A DNA stretch of 64,000 nt from Armatimonadota bacterium. Lineage in GTDB: Bacteria > Armatimonadota > SYMT01. Position 1 is the stretch's first letter, and the number at the start of each line of letters is the position of its first letter. The notes below the pieces were generated by a model that was not told the DNA's origin, did no database searches, and saw only the letters and a list, made by a program, of their open reading frames with translations. Where the stretch lies: NCBI GenBank assembly GCA_041690135.1, contig JAWLHY010000020.1, positions 1 to 64,000 on the forward strand, given 5' to 3'. A program made the position numbers and the translations under genes. Shown one piece after another: positions 48,117 to 56,655 of the stretch.

Positions 48117-48986
48117 TCAGGTGGGTGAATTGTTACCCCGGTATGCCACTAACGTCAAGCCGGCTTCGGGACCCGAAAGGCGCTTGGCCGAATTCGGATG
48201 ACCGAGGGACGCCACGAAGGCGATCAGGACCACCAGAAAGCCCGCAATGAGGAAGTAGGTGGTGCGCCGGCCTCGCCAGCCCAGGAACAGGCTCACCCCC
48301 AGGTACGCGGCGTAAATGGCCCAGGCCACCAGGCTGGTGACGATGCGGGCATCCAGGTACCAGTTGGGGCCCCAGCGCTCCGGCGCGGCCATCGAACCGG
48401 TGATAATCCCCAACGTCAGCATCGAAAAACCGACGGTGGCCAGCCAGTGCGCGGCATTCGAGACGCTTTCCAGAGGAGGTAGGCGCCGGAAAAGGCCACT
48501 GATCTGCTTGGTCTTCAGCAACCGGCTCTGGACCAGGTAGGTGATGGCCAGGCAAAAGGCCAGCGCAAACGCGGCGAAACCCAACAGGATTGCGGTGACG
48601 TGTGGGCGCATCAGCGGCCCGCCCGCAAGGTTCTCCACCGTCGTGCCTGCGGCTCGCATGTTCGCATAGAACTGTGCAATGAAGGCGAGCGGCATGGATA
48701 GAGAGCCCAGCGCGGCCCACCGCGGTAGGAAGTTGAGCCCCACCTGAGCGAGCACCAGCAGATAGGCGATGAGGGAATACGGCATCCCCGGGTCCTGCAG
48801 CAGCCGCCCGTAGTGGGTGCACCAGACCCCGATGCCGGCCGTATGGAGCGTCAATCCGACCGGCAGAAGCCAGGTGGCGATCCGCTGGGCCCTCTCGCTG
48901 CCGGTAAACAGGTGGGCGTGGTAGAGCACACTCCCCGCGAAGTAGCAGAGCAGCGTCACCCCGAGCAGCACGTTTTCCGGGGTCAT
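48117..48986 (-). CDS. CcsA/HemX-like cytochrome c assembly family membrane protein
   Basis: 8 TM; H(V), Q..LK.K, RLPPLE, W....W..D.R, GWRGRR; lies between hemA and hemC. Confidence 0.85.
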   Translation of the reverse strand: MTPENVLLGVTLLCYFAGSVLYHAHLFTGSERAQRIATWLLPVGLTLHTAGIGVWCTHYGRLLQDPGMPYSLIAYLLVLAQVGLNFLPRWAALGSLSMPLAFIAQFYANMRAAGTTVENLAGGPLMRPHVTAILLGFAAFALAFCLAITYLVQSRLLKTKQISGLFRRLPPLESVSNAAHWLATVGFSMLTLGIITGSMAAPERWGPNWYLDARIVTSLVAWAIYAAYLGVSLFLGWRGRRTTYFLIAGFLVVLIAFVASLGHPNSAKRLSGPEAGLTLVAYRGNNSPT

Positions 48987-50296
48987 GAGTTTTCCTCCGG
49001 CCCACGAGTGGCGCTACCCTCCATCGAGAGGGGTTGGTTCAACCCGAAGATCGCCCGCACATTCTCCACTTCGTGGTACCCGTTCCCGGAGCTCGCCGCA
49101 TCTTTCAGATGCAGGATCGCCGGCCGCAGCATCTTATTGACCACACCGCGCACCAGGGTATCGACCATATCCCGATCGCGCTGGTTCAGGTGCGATAACC
49201 GGCCCCCTACCCGACTCCACTCGGACTCCACCATCTGGGTGGCGAGAGCCTGTAACTGCTGGATGGTCGGTCCTACCTCCAGCCCCCGGAACCATGCTTG
49301 GAAGCGGTCCTTCTCCTCCTCAACGATGGTTTCCACCCGCTCGGCTTCCACACGGCGGCCGTGAAGGTTCTTGTCGATGAGCCCCTGGAGATCATCGATG
49401 TTGTAAAGATAGACGTCCTCGAGATCTCCTACTCCGGGATCGATATCCCGGGGCACGGCGATATCGATCAAGAAGAGGGGCCTTCCGCGACGAGCACGGG
49501 TGGCCTGCTTCACCTGCGCGGCCGTGATGATCGCGCTCGGGGCGCCGGTAGAGCTGATGACGATATCAGCGCGCACCAATGCTTCGCCGAGCTTCTCAAA
49601 CGGCACGACGGTTCCGCCGAACTGCCCGGCCAGCGCCTCCGCACGATCCTGAGTGCGGTTGCACACCATCAGCTTCGGGGCGGCGCCATCGGCCAGCAAC
49701 ATCTTTGCCGTCTGTTCGCCGGTCTCACCAGCCCCTACCAGCAGGATGATCCGGCCCGTCAGGCGCTCAAAGATCTGGCGCGCGAGTTGTACGGCCATCA
49801 GGCTGATGGAAACCGCGCCGCGCCCAATCTCCGTCTCCGTACGAGCGCGCTTCCCGCAGGCGATGGCGTTCTGGAACAGGGAATGGACGACGGTCCCGGA
49901 AGTGCCTGCGGTCTGGGCGGTCTGCAGCGCCTCCCGCACCTGCGCCAGGATCTGGCCCTCGCCCAGCACCTGCGAGTCGAGGCCGGCCGCCACCCGGAAA
50001 AGGTGGCGCACGGCGGGGACCCCTTCGTGGTTGTACAGGTGCTCCTGGAGATGGCCGGGCGAAACCCCTGCCTGGCGAGCGAGAAACTCGATGATCTGCT
50101 CCTGCCAATCCTCTTCGCGCGTGAGGCCGTAAATCTCGGTGCGATTGCAGGTGCTGAGAGCCGCACACTCCTGGAGGCCTGCCGCATCGCGGAGACCGTG
50201 GAGCGCCTCTTCGTGAGACCTGCCGTAGAGCGAGAGTTTCTCCCGCAGCTCGACCGAGGCTGTTTTGTGGCTTAGGCCGACGAGAACGACTCGCAC
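48983..50296 (-). CDS. hemA: glutamyl-tRNA reductase
   Basis: GLSHKTA.VELRE, LSTCNRTE, GLDS..LGE.QI, GAGE, DIAVPRDID. Confidence 0.97.
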   Translation of the reverse strand: MRVVLVGLSHKTASVELREKLSLYGRSHEEALHGLRDAAGLQECAALSTCNRTEIYGLTREEDWQEQIIEFLARQAGVSPGHLQEHLYNHEGVPAVRHLFRVAAGLDSQVLGEGQILAQVREALQTAQTAGTSGTVVHSLFQNAIACGKRARTETEIGRGAVSISLMAVQLARQIFERLTGRIILLVGAGETGEQTAKMLLADGAAPKLMVCNRTQDRAEALAGQFGGTVVPFEKLGEALVRADIVISSTGAPSAIITAAQVKQATRARRGRPLFLIDIAVPRDIDPGVGDLEDVYLYNIDDLQGLIDKNLHGRRVEAERVETIVEEEKDRFQAWFRGLEVGPTIQQLQALATQMVESEWSRVGGRLSHLNQRDRDMVDTLVRGVVNKMLRPAILHLKDAASSGNGYHEVENVRAIFGLNQPLSMEGSATRGPEENS

Positions 50297-50482
50297 TCGG
50301 ATCTATCCTCTTTGCTGGCTAGCGCCGGAACGGCGTTCCCCTTAGAGTTTACCCGTCGCAGGGGAGAGTGAATGGAAATGGGGCAGTGCAGAACCCCAGA
50401 AGAACGGAATTCAGTTTAGCCGCTCCCCCGCGTCCAACGCCAGAGTACGGTTTCGCCACCCACGTCCGGGCGGGCAAAACTT

Positions 50483-50518
50483 CTGCAGCGGGCGCGAGTG
50501 TACTCGCGCCCGCTGCAG
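50483..50518 (-). terminator. perfect 17-bp hairpin after ccmF
   Basis: ctgcagcgggcgcgagt-gt-actcgcgcccgctgcag followed by aagtttt on the minus strand. Confidence 0.7.
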
Positions 50519-50573
50519 GGTGCGGAACTGTAGCCAGTTCGTTTCGCAGTTTTCAACCGCGGAACCGGAAGAG

Positions 50574-53327
50574 TTACTCCGCTCCCACCGGTTCCGGTTC
50601 CGGAGCAACGGCGGGAAGGTGCTCGGGTGTCTTCGACTCGACCACCGGCTTCTTACCGGCCTTCACCGGCACGTTCCGCTTCGCCAGGTCGGCACGGCGG
50701 CGCCAGGTAAGGAACGCGCCGGCGAACATGATGTAGCAGCCCCACCACAGGATCCCGATGCCGGGCACCCAGAGGACCTGGAAGTAGCCCTGCCGCACCG
50801 GCTCGCTCGGCATCAGGTCGAAATCGGCCGTCAGGTTGGCGGGCGAGAGATTGGTGCGCAGGAACCGCAGGCTGTAAGTCGTCGGCTGCTGGAGGGTACC
50901 CAGCGGCACCGGCAGCGGCTCCCACTCGGCGCCGTCGCCGGTGAAGGAGACGAGCACCGCGGGCCGGACCTTCTTCTCCTCACCGTTGATGTTCAACACG
51001 ACGTCGGCATAGAGCAGGAACGGCTTGGGAATGGAGTTCTCCGAAGCCTGCATCGCTTTCTGCATTTCGCTGGTGTCGAGACTTTCGAACGTTACGGTGA
51101 CGCTGTCCTGCGGACTGTCCTGCTTGTGCTGGACCAGCACTTCCTTCGGCTCCGCCTTCTTGAGCTCGCTTAAGAGGACCGCGCCGGTGTTGTCCGCGCC
51201 CTGCGGCACGATGTACAGGTCGTCCAGGCCCTTGTGGAAGATCTGCGGCCACGCCATCGTCTGGTTGGCGATCTTCGAGTGGAACAGCTTCGGCTTCGCG
51301 GTGAACGTCCGGCCGTCCTTGTCCTTGACCTCGATCACCAGGCGGTCGCGGTCCTGCGGGTTCTTCGCGGGCTCCTGTCCGCGATAGGTGTACACCCGGC
51401 CGTCGACGGTAACGGAGTCCCCCACGGCCAGCTTGTTCACGGTCTGGACCGTGTTGAAGCGGCTCGTGTAGACCACCCCGCCCAGCATCACCAGGAACCC
51501 GATGTGCGCGAGCCACGGCCCCGTGTTCATCAGGCCACCCTTACCGGCGCGGAACATGCAAACGGTGTTGGTGACCAGGGCAATCCCCAGGGCCAGGCCG
51601 AAGGCAATGTAGGCCGGGTCGTTGTTGTAGGACGGCGGGGTATCCAGGTGAGTCCGGAATCCACCCTGCCAGGCATGGACCGCGGCAAACAGGAAGAAGA
51701 CGGTCACCAGCGCCGACAGCCCGAGCGTGGCAATGCTGAAGGGCGGCAGCGGTTTCTTTTCATCTCGCGCCCGGCGCCACGGCATCAGCGGCGTGATGGC
51801 CATCAGCAGGGTCATCACATACACCACCGGAAGCAGCGCCTTGTTGTAGAAGGTGTAGTCGACGGAGGTCTTGCCACCGCCCAGCCACGGCTTCCACACG
51901 GGCAAAGTCACGCCGAACGTGATGACGATCGCCATCGCCGACAGCACGATCAGGCCCATGAAGAAGCCGAAGTGGCGCTCCCACACCTGGTCGTAGGCGA
52001 TCTCCGATTGGATGTCGCGATACCGCCAGAGCCAGATACCGACGTTGAGAACGAACCAGATCACCATCACCGCGAGCAACGTGATGAAGACGCTCTTCTG
52101 CGGCGAGGCGAACGAGTGGACGGACACTTCCGACAAGACCCCGGAGCGTACCAGGAAGGAGCCGAGGAGCACCGACGTGCCGGTAAACGCGCCGAGGAAG
52201 AGGTTGGCCTGTTTGAAATTGCCGCGCGCCCGCTGCGCGAGGACGCCGTGGATCAGCGCCGTCCCTACCACCCACGGGATGATAGAGGAGTTCTCGACGG
52301 GGTCCCAGCTCCAGTAGCCGCCCCAGCCCAGGGTCTCATAGGCCCAATAGGCCCCCAGGAAGATGCCGATCCCCAGGATGCCCCAGGCGAAAGCGAGCCA
52401 CGGTGCAGCGCGATTCACCCAGTTGTCGTAATCGCGCTTCATCAGCGCGCCCAGGGCGAAGCAGCTCGGAACCATCATGCTGCTGTAGCCGACGAACAGC
52501 GTGGGGGGGTGAATGACCATCCAGAAGTTCTGAAGCTGCTCGTTCAGACCCTTGCCGTCGTTCATCTTCACGTACTGCGCCCAACCGAAGTAGTAGCTCA
52601 CGTGCTGCCAGGCGGTCTGCGGCAGGAAGGTGAGCATGTCATCGGTGGCGCCCATCGACTGGAGCTCGCGCCGCACTTCCGCGGGCGCATGCACCCAGAA
52701 CGGGTTCATGAAGGTCAGGAGCGTGAAGAGGGAGACGTTGATGAGGGTGAAAAACGGCATCACCCAGCGCTCGTCCCGGCGCGCCTTCCAGAGCAACATG
52801 CCGCCGAGGATCAGGTTATAGAGCGCCCAGAGGATGAAGGTACCTTCCTGGTCCGACCAGAAGGTGGCAAACCGGAAACCGAAGGCGAGATCCTTGTTGC
52901 TGTTCTTCCAGATGTAGTGCAGGTTGTACTGCTGCGTGAAGATCAGCGTCCAGAGACTGACGGCGGCGAGCACCGCGCAGGCGCTGGTCAGGTAGAAGAA
53001 GCGGCGGCCCCAGAGGCCGATCCGGTCCGTCTTCTGAAACTCGGCGGAAGGCGCCGCGGCCGTGGCCTCAGCGGCAACGGTCGGCGGCAAGTGGCGTTTG
53101 CCGTTCTTCTTGCCGTTGCCCGCGCCATCGGCCGTCGCGTCGGCAGCGCTCTCGACCGGGTCCGCGGCGCCCTTGCCGCGCACGGTGCGGATCATCGCGA
53201 CCCAGTAACAGGCCACACAAGAGACGGCGCAAAGAAGGCCGAGCCAGATGGAGAAGTTGCCGACCGTGACCCCCAGCCCCATCACGGGAGATCGGTATAA
53301 GAACTCTGCTAATTGATGTTGGTCCAT
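50574..53327 (-). CDS. ccmF: cytochrome c heme lyase CcmF
   Basis: W..QEG, GLN..LQ..WM.IHPP, WAYETLGWGGYWSWDPVEN, SVHSFA. Confidence 0.95.
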   Translation of the reverse strand: MDQHQLAEFLYRSPVMGLGVTVGNFSIWLGLLCAVSCVACYWVAMIRTVRGKGAADPVESAADATADGAGNGKKNGKRHLPPTVAAEATAAAPSAEFQKTDRIGLWGRRFFYLTSACAVLAAVSLWTLIFTQQYNLHYIWKNSNKDLAFGFRFATFWSDQEGTFILWALYNLILGGMLLWKARRDERWVMPFFTLINVSLFTLLTFMNPFWVHAPAEVRRELQSMGATDDMLTFLPQTAWQHVSYYFGWAQYVKMNDGKGLNEQLQNFWMVIHPPTLFVGYSSMMVPSCFALGALMKRDYDNWVNRAAPWLAFAWGILGIGIFLGAYWAYETLGWGGYWSWDPVENSSIIPWVVGTALIHGVLAQRARGNFKQANLFLGAFTGTSVLLGSFLVRSGVLSEVSVHSFASPQKSVFITLLAVMVIWFVLNVGIWLWRYRDIQSEIAYDQVWERHFGFFMGLIVLSAMAIVITFGVTLPVWKPWLGGGKTSVDYTFYNKALLPVVYVMTLLMAITPLMPWRRARDEKKPLPPFSIATLGLSALVTVFFLFAAVHAWQGGFRTHLDTPPSYNNDPAYIAFGLALGIALVTNTVCMFRAGKGGLMNTGPWLAHIGFLVMLGGVVYTSRFNTVQTVNKLAVGDSVTVDGRVYTYRGQEPAKNPQDRDRLVIEVKDKDGRTFTAKPKLFHSKIANQTMAWPQIFHKGLDDLYIVPQGADNTGAVLLSELKKAEPKEVLVQHKQDSPQDSVTVTFESLDTSEMQKAMQASENSIPKPFLLYADVVLNINGEEKKVRPAVLVSFTGDGAEWEPLPVPLGTLQQPTTYSLRFLRTNLSPANLTADFDLMPSEPVRQGYFQVLWVPGIGILWWGCYIMFAGAFLTWRRRADLAKRNVPVKAGKKPVVESKTPEHLPAVAPEPEPVGAE

Positions 53328-53506
53328 GCTACTGCTCCACGCTGCCCGAATCGAGGGGCCATCTGGATATACGGAGCGCTATCGTCACAAGTTATCGGAA
53401 ATAGCGTATCGAGTAAAGCCGGTGGCGCACCTGCAACAATGGGGCGCCGGGTCGCAGTGCTGCGCCGCGGTCGCCCCATACCAGGTTCCGGATGCGACCC
53501 CAATCC

Positions 53507-54046
53507 CTAGAACCGTTTGGGCAGGGAAGTGTCGGGGAGAGAGTTCAGGCTGGACTGAGTTTCCAGGAGACTCTCGCCCTCGGGCTTCAAGCCGGAGTCC
53601 TTCTGCCACTTGCGGACGGCTTCCTGGCGGGCCAGGTCCATCTCCTTATCGTACTTGCTGGGACACTTGGTGATCAGGGAGTTGGCCACGAATTCGCCGC
53701 TGGTAGGATCGAAGGAGCCCTTTGCGCGGGCGTGGCTGGCGGCCGGGAAGTTGGCGGTGAGCGCAATGACCGGATTGTCGTAGTAGACGGTCATCTTCTC
53801 GCCAGTCTTCTCTTCTTTTCCGTTGCGGTTGCGCACTTCCTCAAGCACGAACCGCACCTTGTTGCCGCCCTGGAGCGACACGATCGAGTTCGTGTCGAGC
53901 TTGCCGTACAGCTCGCACGGCTCGTTCGAGGACCGCACGGCCGTGAAGGACTTCGAGGTGATCGTGGAGCCATTGCCCAATGAGGCCATGGCCACGACCG
54001 CGCACAACCCAACCACCACACTGCCAATGATGACGTTACGCTTCAT
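53507..54046 (-). CDS. ccmE: heme chaperone CcmE (CxxxY type)
   Basis: N-terminal TM; F.A..LITKCPSKY. Confidence 0.88.
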   Translation of the reverse strand: MKRNVIIGSVVVGLCAVVAMASLGNGSTITSKSFTAVRSSNEPCELYGKLDTNSIVSLQGGNKVRFVLEEVRNRNGKEEKTGEKMTVYYDNPVIALTANFPAASHARAKGSFDPTSGEFVANSLITKCPSKYDKEMDLARQEAVRKWQKDSGLKPEGESLLETQSSLNSLPDTSLPKRF

Positions 54047-54156
54047 TCCCGGTTCTCCAGGTCACGGACGCGACCTTCCAGGCGCAACATATAGAAGAAG
54101 AGGCCACCCACCGCGATGAGGCTGACCCCAGCCACCACCCAAAGCTCAGGATTCAT
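54043..54156 (-). CDS. ccmD: CcmD-like small membrane protein (37 aa)
   Basis: MNPELWVVAGVSLIAVGGLFFYMLRLEGRVRDLENRE*; starts just after the ccmC stop; ATGA overlap with ccmE; absent from the ORF track. Confidence 0.85.
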   Translation of the reverse strand: MNPELWVVAGVSLIAVGGLFFYMLRLEGRVRDLENRE

Positions 54157-54161
54157 CGTTT

Positions 54162-54941
54162 TCAGGACTCCGTAACCGGGCGGCGCACCGCCTCCACCCG
54201 GACTTCCGCACCCGCGTTCTCCCGCCGCGCCAGGATTCGCTCCGCGACGAAGGCGAACCGGACCTGCATCTGGTAGGACCAGAGGCTGAACCCGAGAAAG
54301 CCGAGAGTGGACATCCAGAACACGGTCCGGTACTCGGGGCTCATCCCCTCCCGTGTACTGATCACCTTCGTCGGATGAACACTACTGAAGATCGGCAGGT
54401 GCGGGAGCGTGTAGTACAGCACCGGCACGAGCACGGCGCCGATCACCGCATAAACGGCACAGAGACGCGCCCGGCGGTGCGCTTCATCCACCGAGCTCCG
54501 CAGGCCGAAGTAGGCGAAGAAGATGAGGATGACGATCAGGATGGCTGTCTGCTTGGGGTCCCACTGCCAGTAACCTTCGTACCAGGGGCTATTCAGCCCC
54601 CCGGCCCACTGCATCTTCGAGAAGACCGCGCCGGTGATCGTGGCGAGCACCGTCAGCACCAGGCCGACTTCCGCTGCCTTCTCGGCGCGGGTGTCGTCCT
54701 TCAGGTCCCCATTCTTCAGCAGGCGCAGCGAGAAGAACCCGGCCGTGAAGAACCAGATCATCGACAGGATGGCGTGCGGCACGTGCCAGAAGATGATCCG
54801 CGCCGTTTCCGGCGACTGGAACTCCGGCAGCGCTCCGGCCCAGGTATAGGACAGGACGGCCACCGACCCCATCAGGGGCAACAGAAGCCACTTCCATAAG
54901 GCCACGCCCCCGGCGTTCGGTTTTTTCGTTTGGGAGTTCAT
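54162..54941 (-). CDS. ccmC: heme exporter protein CcmC
   Basis: RIIFWHVP, TG......W, YWQWDPKQT, HP. Confidence 0.92.
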   Translation of the reverse strand: MNSQTKKPNAGGVALWKWLLLPLMGSVAVLSYTWAGALPEFQSPETARIIFWHVPHAILSMIWFFTAGFFSLRLLKNGDLKDDTRAEKAAEVGLVLTVLATITGAVFSKMQWAGGLNSPWYEGYWQWDPKQTAILIVILIFFAYFGLRSSVDEAHRRARLCAVYAVIGAVLVPVLYYTLPHLPIFSSVHPTKVISTREGMSPEYRTVFWMSTLGFLGFSLWSYQMQVRFAFVAERILARRENAGAEVRVEAVRRPVTES

Positions 54942-54997
54942 CGTTCTACTATTCAGTATACCCGTGCGGGGGCCGGCAGTTCCGGATCCGGGCGCCC

Positions 54998-55777
54998 TCA
55001 ACGATCACTCCACACGTAGTCGAACAGCAACGCCGAAAGCGTTACCATGGCTACCACGTAGGACACTAAGGGGATGAGGTAGTTGCCGGGTATTCCCCGG
55101 CTTGCTGCTGCGGTTCCGTTGATTGCAAAAACAAGGATCGGCAACAGGATCGGGAACGCGAGCGGCAGCATGAGATAGGTTCGCCCCCCCGCGCGGGCGA
55201 CCATCGCTCCGACGATCGTGGTGCTGCCCGCCATCCCCAGAGAACCCGCCACCAGATATCCTACGAAAAGCGGCCAGTTCTTGATCCACGGGTGCAGCAT
55301 GAAGAGGTAAAGTGGGAAGATGACGCTGACCACCGTCAGCATCAGCCCCACATTGAAGAGCAGCTTCCCGGCGAACACTGCGCTGGGTAGGGCCGTTAGC
55401 CGCAACGCGGGGGCGGTTCGCATTTCCTCTTCTTTCAGGAAAGTCCGCGGCAGGCCCGCCATCGCACTGAAGAAGAGAATGATCCAGAGCAGACCCGCCA
55501 GCACAGCGTGGCGAGTGGGAGTTCCTTCAGGGACGGTGCCCAGAATTCGCGCATTGGGGTCCGCTTGGAGCACTTCCACGTAGTTCTCGATTAGCCCCAG
55601 TTCGGTGAGGCCCTGCCCTTCCACGCGGACCAGAAAACTCACGGTGACCAGGGTGACCAGCCCGAACAGCAGGATCGTGGCTACCGCGGAAGGCGTGCGC
55701 ATCTCCGACCGCACGTCCTTTAGGAACACGGCCCAGGTCTCTCCCCACCAGTTCTCCCGCGCCGGCTTCACGCTCAA
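54998..55777 (-). CDS. ccmB: heme exporter permease CcmB
   Basis: KD.RSE.R, LW..LFFS...GL.R.F..EEE, LP.AFP..LP; TTG 55777 or GTG 55771 start. Confidence 0.9.
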   Translation of the reverse strand: MSVKPARENWWGETWAVFLKDVRSEMRTPSAVATILLFGLVTLVTVSFLVRVEGQGLTELGLIENYVEVLQADPNARILGTVPEGTPTRHAVLAGLLWIILFFSAMAGLPRTFLKEEEMRTAPALRLTALPSAVFAGKLLFNVGLMLTVVSVIFPLYLFMLHPWIKNWPLFVGYLVAGSLGMAGSTTIVGAMVARAGGRTYLMLPLAFPILLPILVFAINGTAAASRGIPGNYLIPLVSYVVAMVTLSALLFDYVWSDR

Positions 55778-56478
55778 GCGGTGCCTCCCAGGTGCAGGAA
55801 GAGGTCGCCGTAGCGGGTCTCGCGCGGATCGTTGGTGGCGAGCACCAGAATGCCCCGCGACCGCTGCTCGCTGATCACCTGGTCCACGATCTGCACTCCG
55901 GATTCGTCCAACATCGCCGTCGGCTCGTCCAACAGGAGCACTAACGGTTCCGAATAGAGCGCCACGGCGTACTTCGCCCGCACCCGCATCCCGGAAGAAA
56001 AGGTCCCGGTCAGGTCTCGCTCCCGCCCGGCCAATCCCACGCGGGCCAGGAGTTGCACAGCCTTCTCCCGCTGCCACGGCAGGCCCCGCACACGAGCGAA
56101 GAACTCCAGGTTCTCCAGGGCCGTGAGCTCCGGATATAGGGTGAGATCGGGCGCGACCAGGCTCAGGATGCGGCGGCGGTCGTCCACGGCCACGTCTTTC
56201 CCCCCTGAGACGAAGCGGACGGCGCCCCGGTCCGGAGGAAGCAGGCCCGCGATCACCGAAAGCAGCGTAGACTTGCCCGAACCGTTATGCCCCGTGACGA
56301 CGAGCGTCTCCCCCGTCCGCACTTCCGCGCACACGTTGCTGAAGACGGACCGATGGCCAAAGCGCTTGGTGACATTGTCCAGGTGGAGCTCGAACAAGGG
56401 GTTTCGCCCAGCCTCCCGAGTCGCCGGCGCAGTCGCCGGGCCGCGCGGATTATCCCAGAAAGCGTTTGAAACCGTCAA
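55774..56478 (-). CDS. ccmA: heme ABC exporter ATPase CcmA
   Basis: GHNGSGKST, LYPELTALENL.FF, FSSGM..R, LLDEP; start uncertain. Confidence 0.88.
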   Translation of the reverse strand: MTVSNAFWDNPRGPATAPATREAGRNPLFELHLDNVTKRFGHRSVFSNVCAEVRTGETLVVTGHNGSGKSTLLSVIAGLLPPDRGAVRFVSGGKDVAVDDRRRILSLVAPDLTLYPELTALENLEFFARVRGLPWQREKAVQLLARVGLAGRERDLTGTFSSGMRVRAKYAVALYSEPLVLLLDEPTAMLDESGVQIVDQVISEQRSRGILVLATNDPRETRYGDLFLHLGGTA

Positions 56479-56655
56479 ATCGCCCCGGGAATTGAAGACG
56501 ACTGGCGTCCGGCAATCCGCGTCATAAGGGGTGGACCGTTCGAGCGGTGTCGCGGACGGACCGACCATTACTGCGGGCGGAGCCTCGCAACGAATGAATT
56601 CGTCCTTCAGGTGACCGGGGGATCCTGGATGGACGTGGCTGATCACGGAGTACGT

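Noticed and set aside
51234-53300. 688-aa plus-strand ORF
   Set aside because: Antisense to ccmF, which has clear family motifs.
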